The notes under the pieces were generated by a model. That model worked only from the letters and a program-made list of their open reading frames with translations, ran no database searches and was not told the DNA's origin. Shown here in pieces: positions 35,081 to 48,599 of a DNA stretch of 64,000 nt. Every line of letters starts with the position of its first letter. The first letter of the stretch is position 1. The DNA is taken from contig JAYWIR010000022.1 in assembly GCA_036172245.1 (NCBI GenBank), positions 248,001 through 312,000 on the forward strand. Direction: 5' to 3'. Source of the DNA: Raillietiella orientalis (taxonomy: Eukaryota). The translations under genes and the position numbers were made by a program.

Positions 35081-36302
35081 GTCCCCTGCGCCTCTCGTGG
35101 GAGCAGCGGCCCAGGGGACCTTTCCTTCCCTTGTCCCTTCAGAGAACCCCCGTCCTTCTTCGCAGGGCCTCGTCGCCACCTGCAGGGCGCTATTCGCTCC
35201 TTCTCGTTCGAGAGGACCGTCCCCGGGCGCCTCCGCGCACGCCCCGGCTGTCGGCAGACCGGCAGCCGGGGCGTGATCCAGTGGGAAGGGTGGAGGAAGG
35301 GAGTCTCCCTGCATCTTCCCTGGGGAGCGCAAGACCAGTCCGTAAGGGACCACCGTCTCCCTCTTCGTCCCCGAGGAGTTTCTCTGGGACGTGGCTCCAC
35401 AGGGAGCGTCGAAAGGTGCGCCCGGCGCATGACGAGGTGGGCCGGATGAGTAGGACCGCTGCCATGGGGCCAGGGGTGGCAGAGGACGTGCCTCCTTCCA
35501 GGCGCCAGACCCCAGCAGTAGTGGCTTCTCTCGTGCTCTCCCGAAATCCTCGGCGCAGTGCTTACTGTCGCGAGAGGAGACTCCTTGGAGTCTCCTTACG
35601 TCTAACTGCCGCCCTTGGAGGCCGTCTCTCGCACAAGTGGAATGATAAAGACGGATGAGGAGGGAATCTGCCTCTGTGATGCCGCAAGTCCATCCTATCC
35701 TTTTCTCTTTTCCTTTTGCATTTGCTTCTTCAAGTATTTCTTTCGTTTGCACAGATATGGATAAATATATATATACAAATATGTATGCACCCGTCTCTCT
35801 CTGTATATGTGACTTTCCGTAAGCGAACGGAATGGAATTTCATCCGGTAATTGAATTTTCAGTTATATCAGTAGAAGGACCGAACATTTGATTTACCGTA
35901 CAAAATATCATTCGCATGCCAAGGGAAAGTAAATCGAGCGGATGGAATTATTTTCGGATCATACGATTGTTAAGCGAACGGTAATGACTCACTGAGAATT
36001 AAAAATCGATTCCTCAGGGTTTTCCCGAAAAATGAAATCTAAATCCTCGGGACGTCGCACACACACACACACACAAAAAGGAACGCACACACAAAAAAAT
36101 GGAGTGTCTTTTGGAGTCTTGATGTTCTCACGTTCCTCGTTTTTTCTTGCGTGCGGGCCGACGGAGCCGCACAGGTGTCGTTGTTGCCCTCGTTGCCTTC
36201 GCGACGGGCGGTGGCCGGGTGGGCCGGTCTAGCTTTGTTGCGCCGCGCGTCACGTGATCGCCCCGCCGCTGCGGCGCGGCGGCTGCAGGCCGGACCCGCG
36301 TG

Positions 36303-36990
36303 CACATTCCCACCCGGGCAGGCCGGGCCGCTTGTTTTAAAGCAAACTTTCCACAAAAGGAAACTGTGGTTGCGCCGGTGGTCCAACCACGCCCGATTCA
36401 AAGGAGACCTGCCGGGTTGCAGACCGGCGCGGTCCGCCACGGCAGCAGAAGGGAGGGGGGGGGGGGAAACAAGCAGAAAAAAATAAACGAAAAATAAATA
36501 AAGATAGATACACTTTGGGGGACAGTGATCCCTGTCTGCTGGGGGCGGTCCTGTGCATCCTCTGGAGGATGTCGGCAAGGTCTTGCTGCATGTTGACTTC
36601 CAGGTGGGGCCATCGCGTTGCTATCCTGATGAAATGGACGGCGAAGTGCATGGCATCCCTGTCTCTGGGTCCTCGCGTTGCTTTGCTTCAGGCAGCGACG
36701 ATCCCGCGCAGGCAGCGCAGGGCTGCCAGCGAGGCCACTGGCCGAAGAGGGGTTTCAAAGCCTCCCTGGAGTTGCTTCCGGGGGGGTTCCCGGAGCCGCA
36801 ACAAAACGTTCCCAGAGTGTCCGGAGGGCAACACAGTCCACTGACGGGTGGGGGAGGAATTCCCGCTCCACGCACCCGACACGGTTGGGGTCCACAGCCC
36901 CCCGGGCCCAGTGATGACGACGGGAGCTGCCCGGGAGACCCCGGTGCAACGGAAGAAGCGCCGACTGCTGCCACTTCAGGGGGAGGGGAC
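36303..36990 (-). mobile_element. 5'-truncated L1/Tx1-like LINE
   Basis: PLKWQQSALLPLHRGLP..HHW; HFAVHFIRIATRWPHL..DLADILQRMHRT; terminal hairpin CCCGG-CCTGC-CCGGG; likely TSD CGGAC(C)CGCGTG at 36291-36302 / 36991-37001. Confidence 0.8.
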
Positions 36991-37038
36991 CGGACCGCGT
37001 GGAGAGGCGCGCGGGCCTGGGCCGTTGTCGTCGTCGAC

Positions 37039-37062
37039 GGTGGTGGTGGTGGTGGTGGTGGT
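37039..37062 (+). repeat. (GGT)8 microsatellite
   Basis: Direct reading. Confidence 0.9.
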
Positions 37063-40000
37063 CGATGTTTCCAGCGCCCCGTGCGCGTGCGGGAGGAGCT
37101 GCTTCCAGAACGCCCGGTTGCCAGGTCGTGGTGGCGTTTCCCTCATCGCGTGCCCGCGGATCTTTGGCATATCGGCACCTTCTGATGAATTTTGCAGCTG
37201 CCGGCTCCTCTTCCTGTGGTTCGCCGTGCTCGCGTTTTCCATGCTCACAAAAAGTTTGCTTGATGGCCATTCATCCCCTTATTTTCTTCATTGTGAGTGT
37301 CACAACTCTCAATAGCACTCCGAACGTTCCCCGTTAATAATTTAAAATGCAAACCTTTGCAGAGCATGTGATTACGCACTAGAAAGAAGTGCCTAGGCGT
37401 TTAGAGAGGAACTGTTTTATAAGTAATCTCGAGCTCTGAATAATTCTATGCTAACGGAATGAGCATTTGAGCCCTCGAAAGCTGCAAAAAAGTCAGACGC
37501 GGATTCGTTAGCTTCGCAGCTTTCTGATTATGTCGCTCATAAGCATTTCCTTTCAATCCGACGGTCGTCATATTTCTCCCACTCTAGCGGATCCTCGGCA
37601 ATACTTTTCTCGGCAGAGCGAGCAACATTTTGCCTAATGGGGAGATCTCTGGAAGAATTTTCCATGTTGCACATCCTCCTGATACCCTTGGTCAATTACG
37701 CCGAGATGAAACAGGAAAACTCATAAAAATCTCCGGCAAACATGCGTCGGGGTGAAAAAGCGTCTCAACGCGCACCGACGAATCAAGGAAGGAATCAAAA
37801 GTAAAAACTCTGCGGAACGGGTTCTTGGACGTTTATTGCGACATCGGTCTTTCCAGCATCGGTCCCATTTGCCTGTGCGCGACCTGCCCCTCGAAGCCGC
37901 TTCCCCTCGGTACCTAATTTGTCTTTGAGGATTGCGGAATTGCGCTCCATAAAAAGGCGCAGCGATGGCTCGCAGATTGCTGCGCCGCGGAAGAGAAGCG
38001 AAGGGGTTGCCTTCCGCGGTTCCCAGCCGCAATCCCCATGCTGGAAGGCCACTGCGACCGCCTGTGAAATTAATTTGGGGGGGATCGGCTCCGGCGGCGC
38101 TCGCGGGGCCTGCGAGCACCGTGACAGAAGCAGGACGCCATCCTGGATGGGGGGAGGAGGGGGAGCAAGACGACGCCTCGTGCTCGCCCAGCTTCCAGGC
38201 GGCCGGATGCGTGGGGCTGCTGCTGTTCCTCCGAAGCCGGCGCGCGGCCGGAAGGGGAGGGGCGGCGGAAGTCACTCGAATCGATAAAGTGGGACTGCTG
38301 CTTGAACCTTCGCAAAGCCGCACGAAGTCCCGGCGACGAGTGCCACGAGCAGAAACGGCGCGAGGGAGGGAGGGGAGGCGCAGATCCTCGAAAACCCAGG
38401 AGACCCAGAGGGAGGCAAAGAGCGAGGAAAAGGACGATCGCACGATCTTCCTCGAAAGCGGAGCGAAGGGTGTGCTGCCCTCTTGCCCCTGCTCCCAAGG
38501 AAGCCACCGCGAGGGGCAGCGCGGCCCACCGCGGCCAGCCCGGGTCGTCGTCGTCGCCTCCACTTCGGTCTTCTCGAACAATCGAACGTAGAGTCGCCCG
38601 GCGCGAGCGGCCGGAAGCTCTTTCGAGCGTACCCTTGAGATCTCGCGGCGCCCTCGCCATCGGAAAGGGGTGCCGAGAGGTGGTCCACCAGACGCTCCGC
38701 GAAGCACCCGGCCAGCCAGGGTGACGGCGGGCGGAGCAGGTCCGTCGCTGCCTGAAGGGCGCCCTTCAGAGGGGCGTCTCCGGGAAAGAGAAGAGTCGAC
38801 ACCAAGGAGGTAAGGAGAGGGGCCTAGAGCGACGGCTGCTCGGGACGGGGTCGTCAGGAAGGGACTGCCTCGCCCCTGAGTCCTCGAGGATGATTCCTCC
38901 TGGAGCGCCTCCGTCGACTGCAGGAGGTTAGGGGCGTGGCGCGGAGGGCGCGAGACCGCCGAGCCGAAGGAGCGCAACGTCGCTCGAAGGGTCGCGCCGA
39001 GTTGGAGGCTGCCGAGGGTAACACGTCGTCGTCCCGCCCGGCGGGCAGCTGCACACGCGTTCTTCTCCATCCTTCCGGCAGCGCTGCAGGGGAGGGGGGG
39101 GGGAGGGAGGCTGTGGATGGTGGGACACAGCCGAGCGTTCGCGGCGGCTGCTCAGCAGGCGCGTCCGGCGAGGGGGGCCGCGAGCATCGAGACTCCCAGG
39201 TGGTGCCCCTCTTTCCTCGAGACCCTACTTCCGTGGGTGTCTCTCGCAGGCATCGGACTTGCCACTGGCGAAGCGACCCGCTTGTGCCCTCCCTCCTCTT
39301 CCTGATCCCCGGCGAGGGCGTTGTCGTGAGGGGTAGGAGGGATCATTCGAATCAATAAAGTCAGGAAGAGAAGGAAGCGGGTGTCCTCAGGACTCCCGGA
39401 TGCTTCCACGCCGACTCCACCGACGCCCTTCCATGCTGACCCGGAGCTCCAGAGCTGCCACGTGCAACCAGGAGCACTGTGCCTCGATCCGCAGTGTCCC
39501 TGAGGCTGCGAAAAGAGTGGGGGAAAGAACGTCTGCATCGGCGTCGCGCTGACTTTGGCTGCGCCGCTGCATCCATCTGCCCTCTGGTCGTCCCAGGGGC
39601 TGAGCCGGGGGCGTCGAGGGCGACATGGCACCGGTAGGTCTCCGTTTGTCCTTCCCTCGGTGAGCCCAGACGATCATTCTCGCCTGGGTTCCTCCCGATG
39701 AGCATGGAAACCAGGCGGTCTTCCTCTGACCCGGCCGGCGTTGTGGTGCCAGGCGGGTCGGGGTCGCCGAGTGCGTTGCGGAACCCCCGGAAATCAAGGA
39801 GTCGCTGCTGTCTGATGACCGTGGTGGAGGAGGGGGGGCTCTCGGGTGGTCCGGAATCTCCTGCGTCTTCTCCCTCTTCCCCTGCTTGGGCAGCCAACAT
39901 CCCCTTCGGAAGTGCCTCGGGGCATGGGGCTGGCGCTTGGTGAAGACTACGCTTGGTGACGGTAGGGTTGCCTTTGACTGCCGAGAGAGGATGCGCCGCT

Positions 40001-42899
40001 CACGTCAAATCAGGTCGCTGCGCAACGCCCTGCGCGTCGGGGTTGCGCGGTTCGAGCCGCTGGCAACGGCCCCTCCACGAGCGCTCTCTCCGGAGTCGGT
40101 GGTGCCGTCTCGCCAGGGGAGGGGCAGGAGATGTAACCGGAGCCTCCCCTCCCGGTGGACGGCCCACAGGAAGGAGGGGGAGTGAGGAACTGCCCGACTC
40201 CTTGGAGAAGTGGCCACTGGGGAGGACGGGGACGCCCTTCCTTGCCCCTGGCTCGAGAGAGCGGCATCCGGGAAGTTCCGGACGCTCCACCTCCTCCGCG
40301 AGAAGGTCGCCTTCGGGCCCGTGACGGAACGCGGCCAGGAGCTCTCGGAGTCAAGCTGACCTCTGTTCCTCGACGACGGGTGCTGCTGGCGCGCCTCCCA
40401 CGCGCTGGAGGGACGTGGAGGATGAGAAGACTCCTGCGCGCGCGCTGGAGGGACGTGGAGGAAGCTCAGCCCGAGCGTTTCCGCAGCTTCGCGTCCCTTG
40501 AGAGCAGACCAAGAGCGCGCATGCTCCCGACGGATCCAGAGCTCCGGGCGCTAGATCCTCCTGAACGGGCAACTCAATGAAAGACAGGAAAACTTCGGGG
40601 ATGGGGGGAGGGGCAGAAGAGAAGCGGAACTATCCCCCGGATCTCCTAAACTCGAGGCCAGCCTGCCCCGTGAACCGGCACCGGGAGGGGCAGGTGGGTG
40701 GCGAGCTGCTACTGCTGAAGATACCAACCGCCGGGGGTAAATTGTGGTCCAGATCCGTAGCATCCATTTTCTCTTCTCTCAGGAGGTCCAGGCTCGGCAT
40801 CCTCGAGATCCGGATTAACTCTTCCCCGCATGAGGAACTCCGAGAGATGTCCATCACTCTCGTGGTGCCATGGTGGACATCCACCCGCGGGCGCCTCTCC
40901 ACCCCAACCGGCAGGAGCCGGAGAGCGTCGAGGGAGGCGTGGGTCGTTAGCTGAGCGAAGACGGGACCGCGAAACCAGGCCCCCCATCGCGGAGGACTGC
41001 AAGGAAGCGAAGCGTCCGAATCCCACCCAGTTGGACATGGGAGAGAAGCAGCAGCGCCAGCCGATGGAGCGAGCTACCTGGTTGAAGTGCCAGAGCGTCC
41101 CCTTCCGCTACGTCCCCCCTCTCCCCCTTCCGTCTGGTGCGTCGCGCCTCGTGGCGCCGCGGATCGTCATCCCGGCTGGTGTGGGAGCAGCTGATGGCGA
41201 GGCATCACGGGCGGAGAGATTATGCATCATCGCGAGGAAGAGATGCGTCGCGCTGCGCGGCTTCCTCGGGATTTCTCTGGATTCCTCGCCGCCGCCGCCG
41301 GTGCGGCATTAGGGACGGAGCAAGATTTGGGGATGAAACGTGGGTAATCGCGCCCGAGATTGACTGGAGATTTAGAAGGCCATCATTCTGCTTCCGTTCA
41401 TCTTCTTGACTTCGATTCCGGTTATTAGCGCCCGTTACGAGAACTGGCGAATTGCGTTCGGCTGGCAACACCCGGCCGGAAACGAAAACGGGGCGGGAAG
41501 GAGAAAGAGGAGGAGGTGGAAGAGAGGGGCCAAGAAAAAGCCAGTAAGATAAGAAATATTTAGCATCGATTTCGAATATTTCATCCCCCGATTCCCTGTT
41601 TTGGTGCGGCGGATAGTCCGCGTGCCATAGATCTGGGATGCGGAGAACACGGAATTAGGTATGGCATGTAACATCCCCATTGGGAACGCACACGTATTCG
41701 GGACTTTCCTGCATCTCAGGCGACTCCGAGATGCAGACGACGGTTCCCTCGCAAAAATCCGCAGCTTCGATGCTGGGTATCCCTCTGTGGAGGCGGTGGT
41801 GGCGAACCGAACCCTGGCGGTCGTGCCGCTACCCCCTTCGTGACTCCTTCCTTGCTAGAAACGGACTGGAAGCCACCAGGTTTTCGTTTCTTTTTCCTCT
41901 CGGAGGAAAGGACCACCACAGAGAGACGGTCCGGATGGGCACCCCGCTCTTGAACTTGAGAAGCAGTAAATCGCTTCAGGCGTGCACGTGCGTGCGGCCT
42001 CTCTGCAAGCGCTTAAGGAAAAACGTTCTGTTTGGAGCAGTTGAATGCTTTTCGGGTGATCATTAGAATATTGAGGACGTTCGATTGTTGGTCTATAATG
42101 ATTCAGAGTTTTTTTAATCATCCCGTCACGAAAGAAGATACCTTACTCTCTCGGTCTGTACTTTACTCTGAAACACTTTATCTCTAGCTGTTATAGTTGG
42201 TGCTTCCCGGATGTCCGAAAATACGGAATCTCCACAACTACTACTGTCTGCAGATAGTTCTAGTTATTGATGACATTCTCAGGACTCTATATACCCATGG
42301 CACGCAAGTGTTTGAGCTTAATTTATGATTGGCTTCTTTCCATAGCAAATTTTAGCTTCCCCATATCTGGTGGTCTCCGGTAGGAGAATCGCAAAACGCG
42401 CCCTATGCACGTACCTTCCCAAGTAGGTTGGGTGAGTAGGTCGCCGACGCCCTCGTCGTCCTCCTGTGCTGAATTCATGCACGCGCAGTGTTTCTATCTT
42501 GGTACTCATTCTCGGACACACTCAGGTATCAACCGTGTCCCTCAGGCAGCTGACCCTTGAACACTTCCGAAGAAGGCTCACCCCTCACAAATGAGGGTGT
42601 CTACCACGAGGGAAGGCGTATCGCACCAAGCAAATGAGGTGGCTCTTCGAAAACGAATTTTGTGTGCCTTTTTTTTTTTTTTTTTCCCCCTTTTTTAATG
42701 TGGGAGGCTTCGCAAGTGCGAGCTACAACTGGGGACAAGCACACGAGGGGTGAGTTCTTGGTCACTCCCTTGCCTCTGGAGCAGGCAGAAGCGTGAACTG
42801 CAGATGGATCACGGCTGCGAGATACAGCTCTGGGCCTGACTGAAGACCGTGAAGAGAATTTTCAGAAACATCCAAAGGACATTCGCAACGTGATCTCAC

Positions 42900-44450
42900 G
42901 GAGAATGAAGATGCGTGCCCTAACAAGTGCTGGGTGCTCGTTTTCTGACTGTCTGTTCTCGTTCCCTTGGAAGATTTCCCATTAAGCATCGTTAGGAGAT
43001 TGGATATTTCCGGGGAAATCTCACTTTTGCATGTAAAGTGGCCTACATTAATTACACATTTATTCTGTCAAGTGCTCTGTATTTTATTTTTCTTTAATTT
43101 TAAAAAGCACTCGAGCTTTCCGATTATGCATATCACGTAACGGGGGATTCATTTTCAGGAACTGGCAATCGGCTCGAAGAAGTGAAAACAATAGTCGAAG
43201 AATTCCTTTGCTTCATGATATGGAATCGTCCTCAGGTACAGAAGAGGGCTTCTGAAGAACTGATCTTTTCTCATGAATGCTTTTATGCCTTGAGAATTTT
43301 GGTTTTCTTGTGTTTTCTCACCGTCAGTTTTTAACATGTTTAACCCACGGCAGCAGGAGCTCTTGGAGCATTTTAATTTACCCATTGCTTGGTCTCTTCG
43401 TGGATCCCATAACACCGCTCATGCTCATAACACCGCGTTCCCACCACCTCAACATCCATTTGATACATGCGCCTCCCTTTTTTTCCAGTCTAACGTAATT
43501 TGGATGCTTAATTACTTTTGATGCTTAATTACTTACTTTTGATGCCTTCATCTCTACCAAATTGAATTATTTTCCATGTAATGCCAATTCTTCTGGTCTG
43601 CATATTTTCATTACGTACACACTGTGAAACTCTTGTATCCAGCTGCCGCATTCTTTGACTTCCAGCAGACTTTTCCATTTTCGGCAGAATCTTAGATGTT
43701 TACGTGAAATCTTCTTGCTCAAACTTTGTGTTGTGTCCCTATCACCAAGATCGTATGTGCTATCTACACTCACACACACGCCAGAATCCATCCTGATTTT
43801 CTGTGTGCAAGCTCCTATTTTCTCTTCACATGTACAAATAAAAGAAATGAATAGGTGGTTCTGTATGAGGATTTCGAAGAGCATTCTTCACAATGCTCTG
43901 CAAGTTGCAGTCACTTTGATTGTTTTATTAATCAGTAAGGCTTCCACTTTCATAACAAGAGCGGCATTTTCTCTTTGCTTCTCTCCCTCCACACACACAC
44001 ACCCATGCCCTTGCATCTCCTTTACTTTACTTTCATTAACTTCAGTTACTCTTCTGAGGACATGATATATTTTGTTATATGCAAGTAATATGCAGAAACG
44101 ATAAGAAAAAGTTGCAGAAGCATTTTTGAGGTTGTCCACCCAACGAGTCTCAAGAATGGAACACCAATTTCCTACTCCGTTTATACTTTGAGTAAACACC
44201 GTTTACCTTTGAAGACCTTTATGAATTAAGAAATAAAATGTTTTATTTGAGGCCATTGCAAGCTTAAAATGGGATGTAGCGATTGGTAAGTAATCACAAC
44301 CACATGAATGTTTGTGATGGCAATCATTCATGATAATGCATTCTTGAAGGAATGCCCTACCGATTCTGGTCCTCAGAACCCCTGAAGGGATTGTTCTTCT
44401 AGTGTGCAAACATAAGCTTTTCCATTTCTTACCACACAAGACATTATGTT
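42900..44450 (-). mobile_element. Possible decayed Mutator-like (MULE) DDE transposase remnant in an AT-rich island
   Basis: Fragments VSVDSTYDLGD, SPLLYLRTIPYHEAKEFFDY and TDGEK/TDSQK loosely resemble MULE motifs; heavily broken. Confidence 0.3.
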
Positions 44451-45699
44451 ACAAACCCTGGGTAATGTTTGGGTGATTTCATGTTTCGCTTTCGCTGAAT
44501 TATTTCAAATTTCGTAAAAACAAAAACAACTTTCCACGTTTATTGTTTCAGCATATCCACAGAGGTCATGAAAGCATACATTCTCTACCTATGATTAATC
44601 CTCGTGTCTACCATATGATTTGGACGTCTAAACACCATTCTCATGACTTCCTCCCACCGTGAGGGTCGCAGGGAGTCTGCAAAAAGTGATCACGATCACA
44701 TTACGAATGTCGCCTTCTTGCTCTTCTGCGGGGGAGGAACAGTTCGCCATGAACTTCTGGTCCATGTCCTCCGATGCAATCAACTCTTGCCGGAATGAAA
44801 TCTAACGGAATGCCTTTTCCGACCGCCTCTGAAGCAAATTCCCTACCTGCTTCATCGCGTTCCATCAACTTTTTTTCCCGATGTATAATTTGTTTCGCTG
44901 CAGAAGCATGAGATTTGTCACAAGAGGCCACGGAACTGGAGCTCCTGCCATGCAAATTCCAGAACCCGCTCTGTAAACAACCAGAAGTGAAATCACGTCA
45001 GCTCACTGCAACAACGTGCTCACGCACAGAACGCACGGAGATTTTTCACATGGAGAAAAATCAATGCCTCGCCATCTTGCAAATTATCGGTCTGCGCTCT
45101 CCACTCTTCCCTCCCGCGGAACCAGCGCTCTTGATCCCGAAATCTTCCCACGCTTCCTGCCGACCTGCCTGGGCTCCCGTCTCACTTTCTCGTCAGGGTT
45201 GCAGTGCGGTGGAAGGAGTGCAAGGAGAGCAACAAAGGTGCCCGATTCACATTTCGCTGTGTTTCCTGCTCAGCAGGAACCTGCAGGCCAAATGACGACA
45301 GGTGCCTTCTGTTTGTTTTCACATGGACGAATTACATCCCTGAAATCCAGTGACGATTACTATGGGGTCGTTTTGCTTGCTGAAGAGTCTTCACCGCTCA
45401 GTTGAAAGACACGTGGAAGTTCAGTATACCAATCCCCAGCGGATTACCCGATATCTAACATTTGTCAACTCCACATCCCCGACTCTGCTAATCCACACTC
45501 TTCAACTTTCGACTTTCTGGGAATTTATTTTAAGAGCAATTTCCACTCACCTCACTGGTTTTCCAGAGGATTTGGCAAACTCTGAAGCAATGGACCGCTC
45601 TCTCATCTTCCTCCCTTCTTTCTTCCCGCCATTCCCTTCAGTGTTGACTTTCGAGAACACCCGATGTCACTGCGTCTCAAAGTACTCCCCTGCTGTTAT

Positions 45700-46400
45700 G
45701 CAGCTGTGGAAAGTCATGGGCCTCCCCTCACTCGAAATCGGTGGGGACGACCTGAGAAGCCAAAGGTCGGTGGAGAGTGAACGGCGTTTCGTGGTGGGTG
45801 CATCTGCAACAGCATGGTTTCTGATGACCAACAGTTCGAATAGAGGCAGCCATCCTTTGGGCGAGGTCCGTGCTTTTCCAGGGAGTATGCTGACGTATGT
45901 TCCCGAGCAATGCCGCGCGGAGATTTCGCGGCATGCACGTACGCAGGGTCTGCATCGGGGAACCTGCTGGCGACAACGAACGCCACCTAACTCCCTCCGC
46001 AGTACGCTGCCTCCCCCGGAGGAGCGAAGGCCGCCTTTTCGGCCCGCCCTTCCTTGCCCGGCTGGTAGACAGGACTCGTCTCCTGGCTCATCGAGGACTC
46101 CGCCGATCCACCCGCGGGGAAACAACACCGACCACAGCAACGGTGTTCGAATTTACAGAGGGCGCCGGTCTTCTGCTCCCATGGCGACCAGAGATCCGAC
46201 GGCCCCTGCTCCTGCCATTCGCTGACCTATGCCATGAACCGGAAAGGACAGAAATGACCAAATGTCGAGCGCTATGGGTCCGCCGCCTGATAACTTTCGG
46301 CAGATGGAGCTGCCCTTCTCGAAAGTCCACAGAGGTCGGATGCCGCGCCTTGGCGCAGTCACACGCAGCCCCGGACAGCGCGGCCTGACGGAGTGGGGCC
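45700..46400 (+). mobile_element. Degenerate LINE ORF2 fragment
   Basis: Weak similarity to the reverse complement of 62500-62750. Confidence 0.3.
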
Positions 46401-48599
46401 AGGCCTCCTCGCGGAACCGGGAAGGACGAAGGGGAGTCGCCGCGACTGGCCACTACACCTGCGGATGGCTTCCGTGGGGGGCTGCCACCCCAAAGGTATG
46501 GATATCCGGAGCCGCAGGCCAGAGCGTACCATTGACTTGCCAGCTGTCTTCTTAGGAGGGTCAGGTCGGCGAGCTATTCCCTGGGATGCTGTCCCTCCTG
46601 CGGGGACTCCTCAGCCGGTATAAACGATCAGCAGGCTCTTCGTTGAGGCCGAGTCCTCCCAAGAGAGCAAAAGAGAGCCAATCTGGGGAGCAGTGGCGTC
46701 ACCACAAACCGGCCTCCTACAGAGCTGCTCACCACGCCTCACTAGGAAGAAGACCTCTCGGGAATTCCCTCTGGGACATGGGCTACTGAAGGGGTGACCC
46801 ATGAAAATTGCCAAGCAGCGAACACCTCTGCTCCTCTTCCGGGGTAGGGGGGGTAGGGTGGATAGAGGGAGGGAGAGAAAGGAGTGAAACCCTCACAGGT
46901 AGAAGAAGAAGAGAAAATGAGGGTGAGGATTGGGGAAGGGGAAGAAAAATGGGGGAATGGAAGAAAGCTGCTCTCCTCCCACCGCACCCTCGGTTCCTCA
47001 ATCCCGTCCTCCAGGCGCCCATCCTCTCGAGAGTCTCGTGAACACGTGTTCCGCATCCTTCTCGTTCACTTCTCTTTGTCCTCGCTGGGGGTAAATTCTC
47101 CTAAAAGAGAGGGTTCCTTCGTAGCATCCCGCCACCGTGGCGAGCCTTCTGTGGCTGCGGACGGACTCTCCCTAGTCCCGCCCTTTCCAGAATCCGCGTT
47201 CGTTGCACCACCCACCCCTTCAGGCAGGTTTCTCCTCGAGAGTTGGCGCAGGGACCTCCGAGGGCGAGTCCTGAAGAACGCTCCTCTCAAAGAAGGGGAG
47301 GATCGCGCCACTGGCCCTCCTTCTATTCTCTCTGGAACTCTCCCGGCCTTTCCACCAGCCTTCCGGAACGAGATTAGGGGAAGCGGAACTTCTCTTCCTG
47401 AATATCCTCTCCCCCGTCCGTCGAAGCAGAGGGGCGGAGCCAGCAGGTCCAACACCCTTCCGAATTGGAGGAGCGGAAATGAAGGTCTGTCGAGGGACAG
47501 AGGGAAATTCTTGCAGCCTTCCCTCCTTCCGACAGGCGCTACCGGTCCAGCAGCATTCGTCTGTCACATCCTACTCATGGAGCTCCTGTTATGACGGATC
47601 GCTAGAAGGGGGGCACGGTCGATGACGAATTTTTCCCTTCCCCTCCCCTCCCGTTTCTATCCTCTCCGATCTGTGGAACCCGAATTGAGACTCGGGACGA
47701 ACGCAAAAGTGGCTCCCGCTTATTCCTCACCTTTTTTCATCCTCGCCAGGCCAATGTTTTTCGAGGGTGCTCTCGGGACATAGTGGCCCCAGGAAAGGAA
47801 AGCATGTTGGAGGGGGGTTCATGAACCAGGCTCCATGGGATCGAATGCTGGCTTCCTAGCTGGGTACCCATGTGCCCGGGATGATCCCGAAGAGGGATTC
47901 AGCCGCTGAGCTGCTGCGCTCCTCGATGCACTCCTAGAGAGCGTAATCAGCACCTTCCCTGGCAGAGAATACGAAGAGGAATCGTGTCCCAGAAAGCAGA
48001 ATAGGATGGAGATGTTCGGGCTGTCTCTCCGTGTCTCTCTCAGCAGCTGCGTCATGGTTGGTCGTACCTTGAGGACCATCCTTCTTGGCTCTGGAGTTTT
48101 CGCGCCTCATTATCGGCACCGACAAGAACAAACCAGAACAGTCATTGCGTCGCGTTTCTGTTGCTTGCGGGAGGCCTTCGTGCTCAACACTTTTTATGAA
48201 AATTATTTATTTTGTCCTGTTTGGGGCAACGAACGCAGTTTCCCTCTCCCCGGTTTGCTTTCTGGCAGGCAGTTATCCTACCGGGTCAAAATATGGTCCG
48301 GAATTCAGACTCGTCTGAGGGGCGGAAGAGAAGAGTACACGCCTACGTCAGTTAGCCTGTAAATGTGTCTATTGTCCAGCACCGAATCATTTGCAGCGGG
48401 TGTCTGCAATCCACGGTTCACGAAACCAGGATGCGATCCATAGTCGCATGAGGTCGCGAGTGCAAGAATCATCGACAAGCCGTTTAGATTTCCTGGCTTT
48501 CCTTCCTTTTCTTCTTTTCACCTAGACTTGCCGATCCGGTTGCAAAAAACGATCCATCAGGTTAGCCAGGAAGGAATGAAAACAGAAAGAGAGTTTCCG

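Noticed and set aside
37721..39070. 449-aa ORF (and 430-aa ORF at 33427-34719)
   Set aside because: Low-complexity composition, no domain or splice support.
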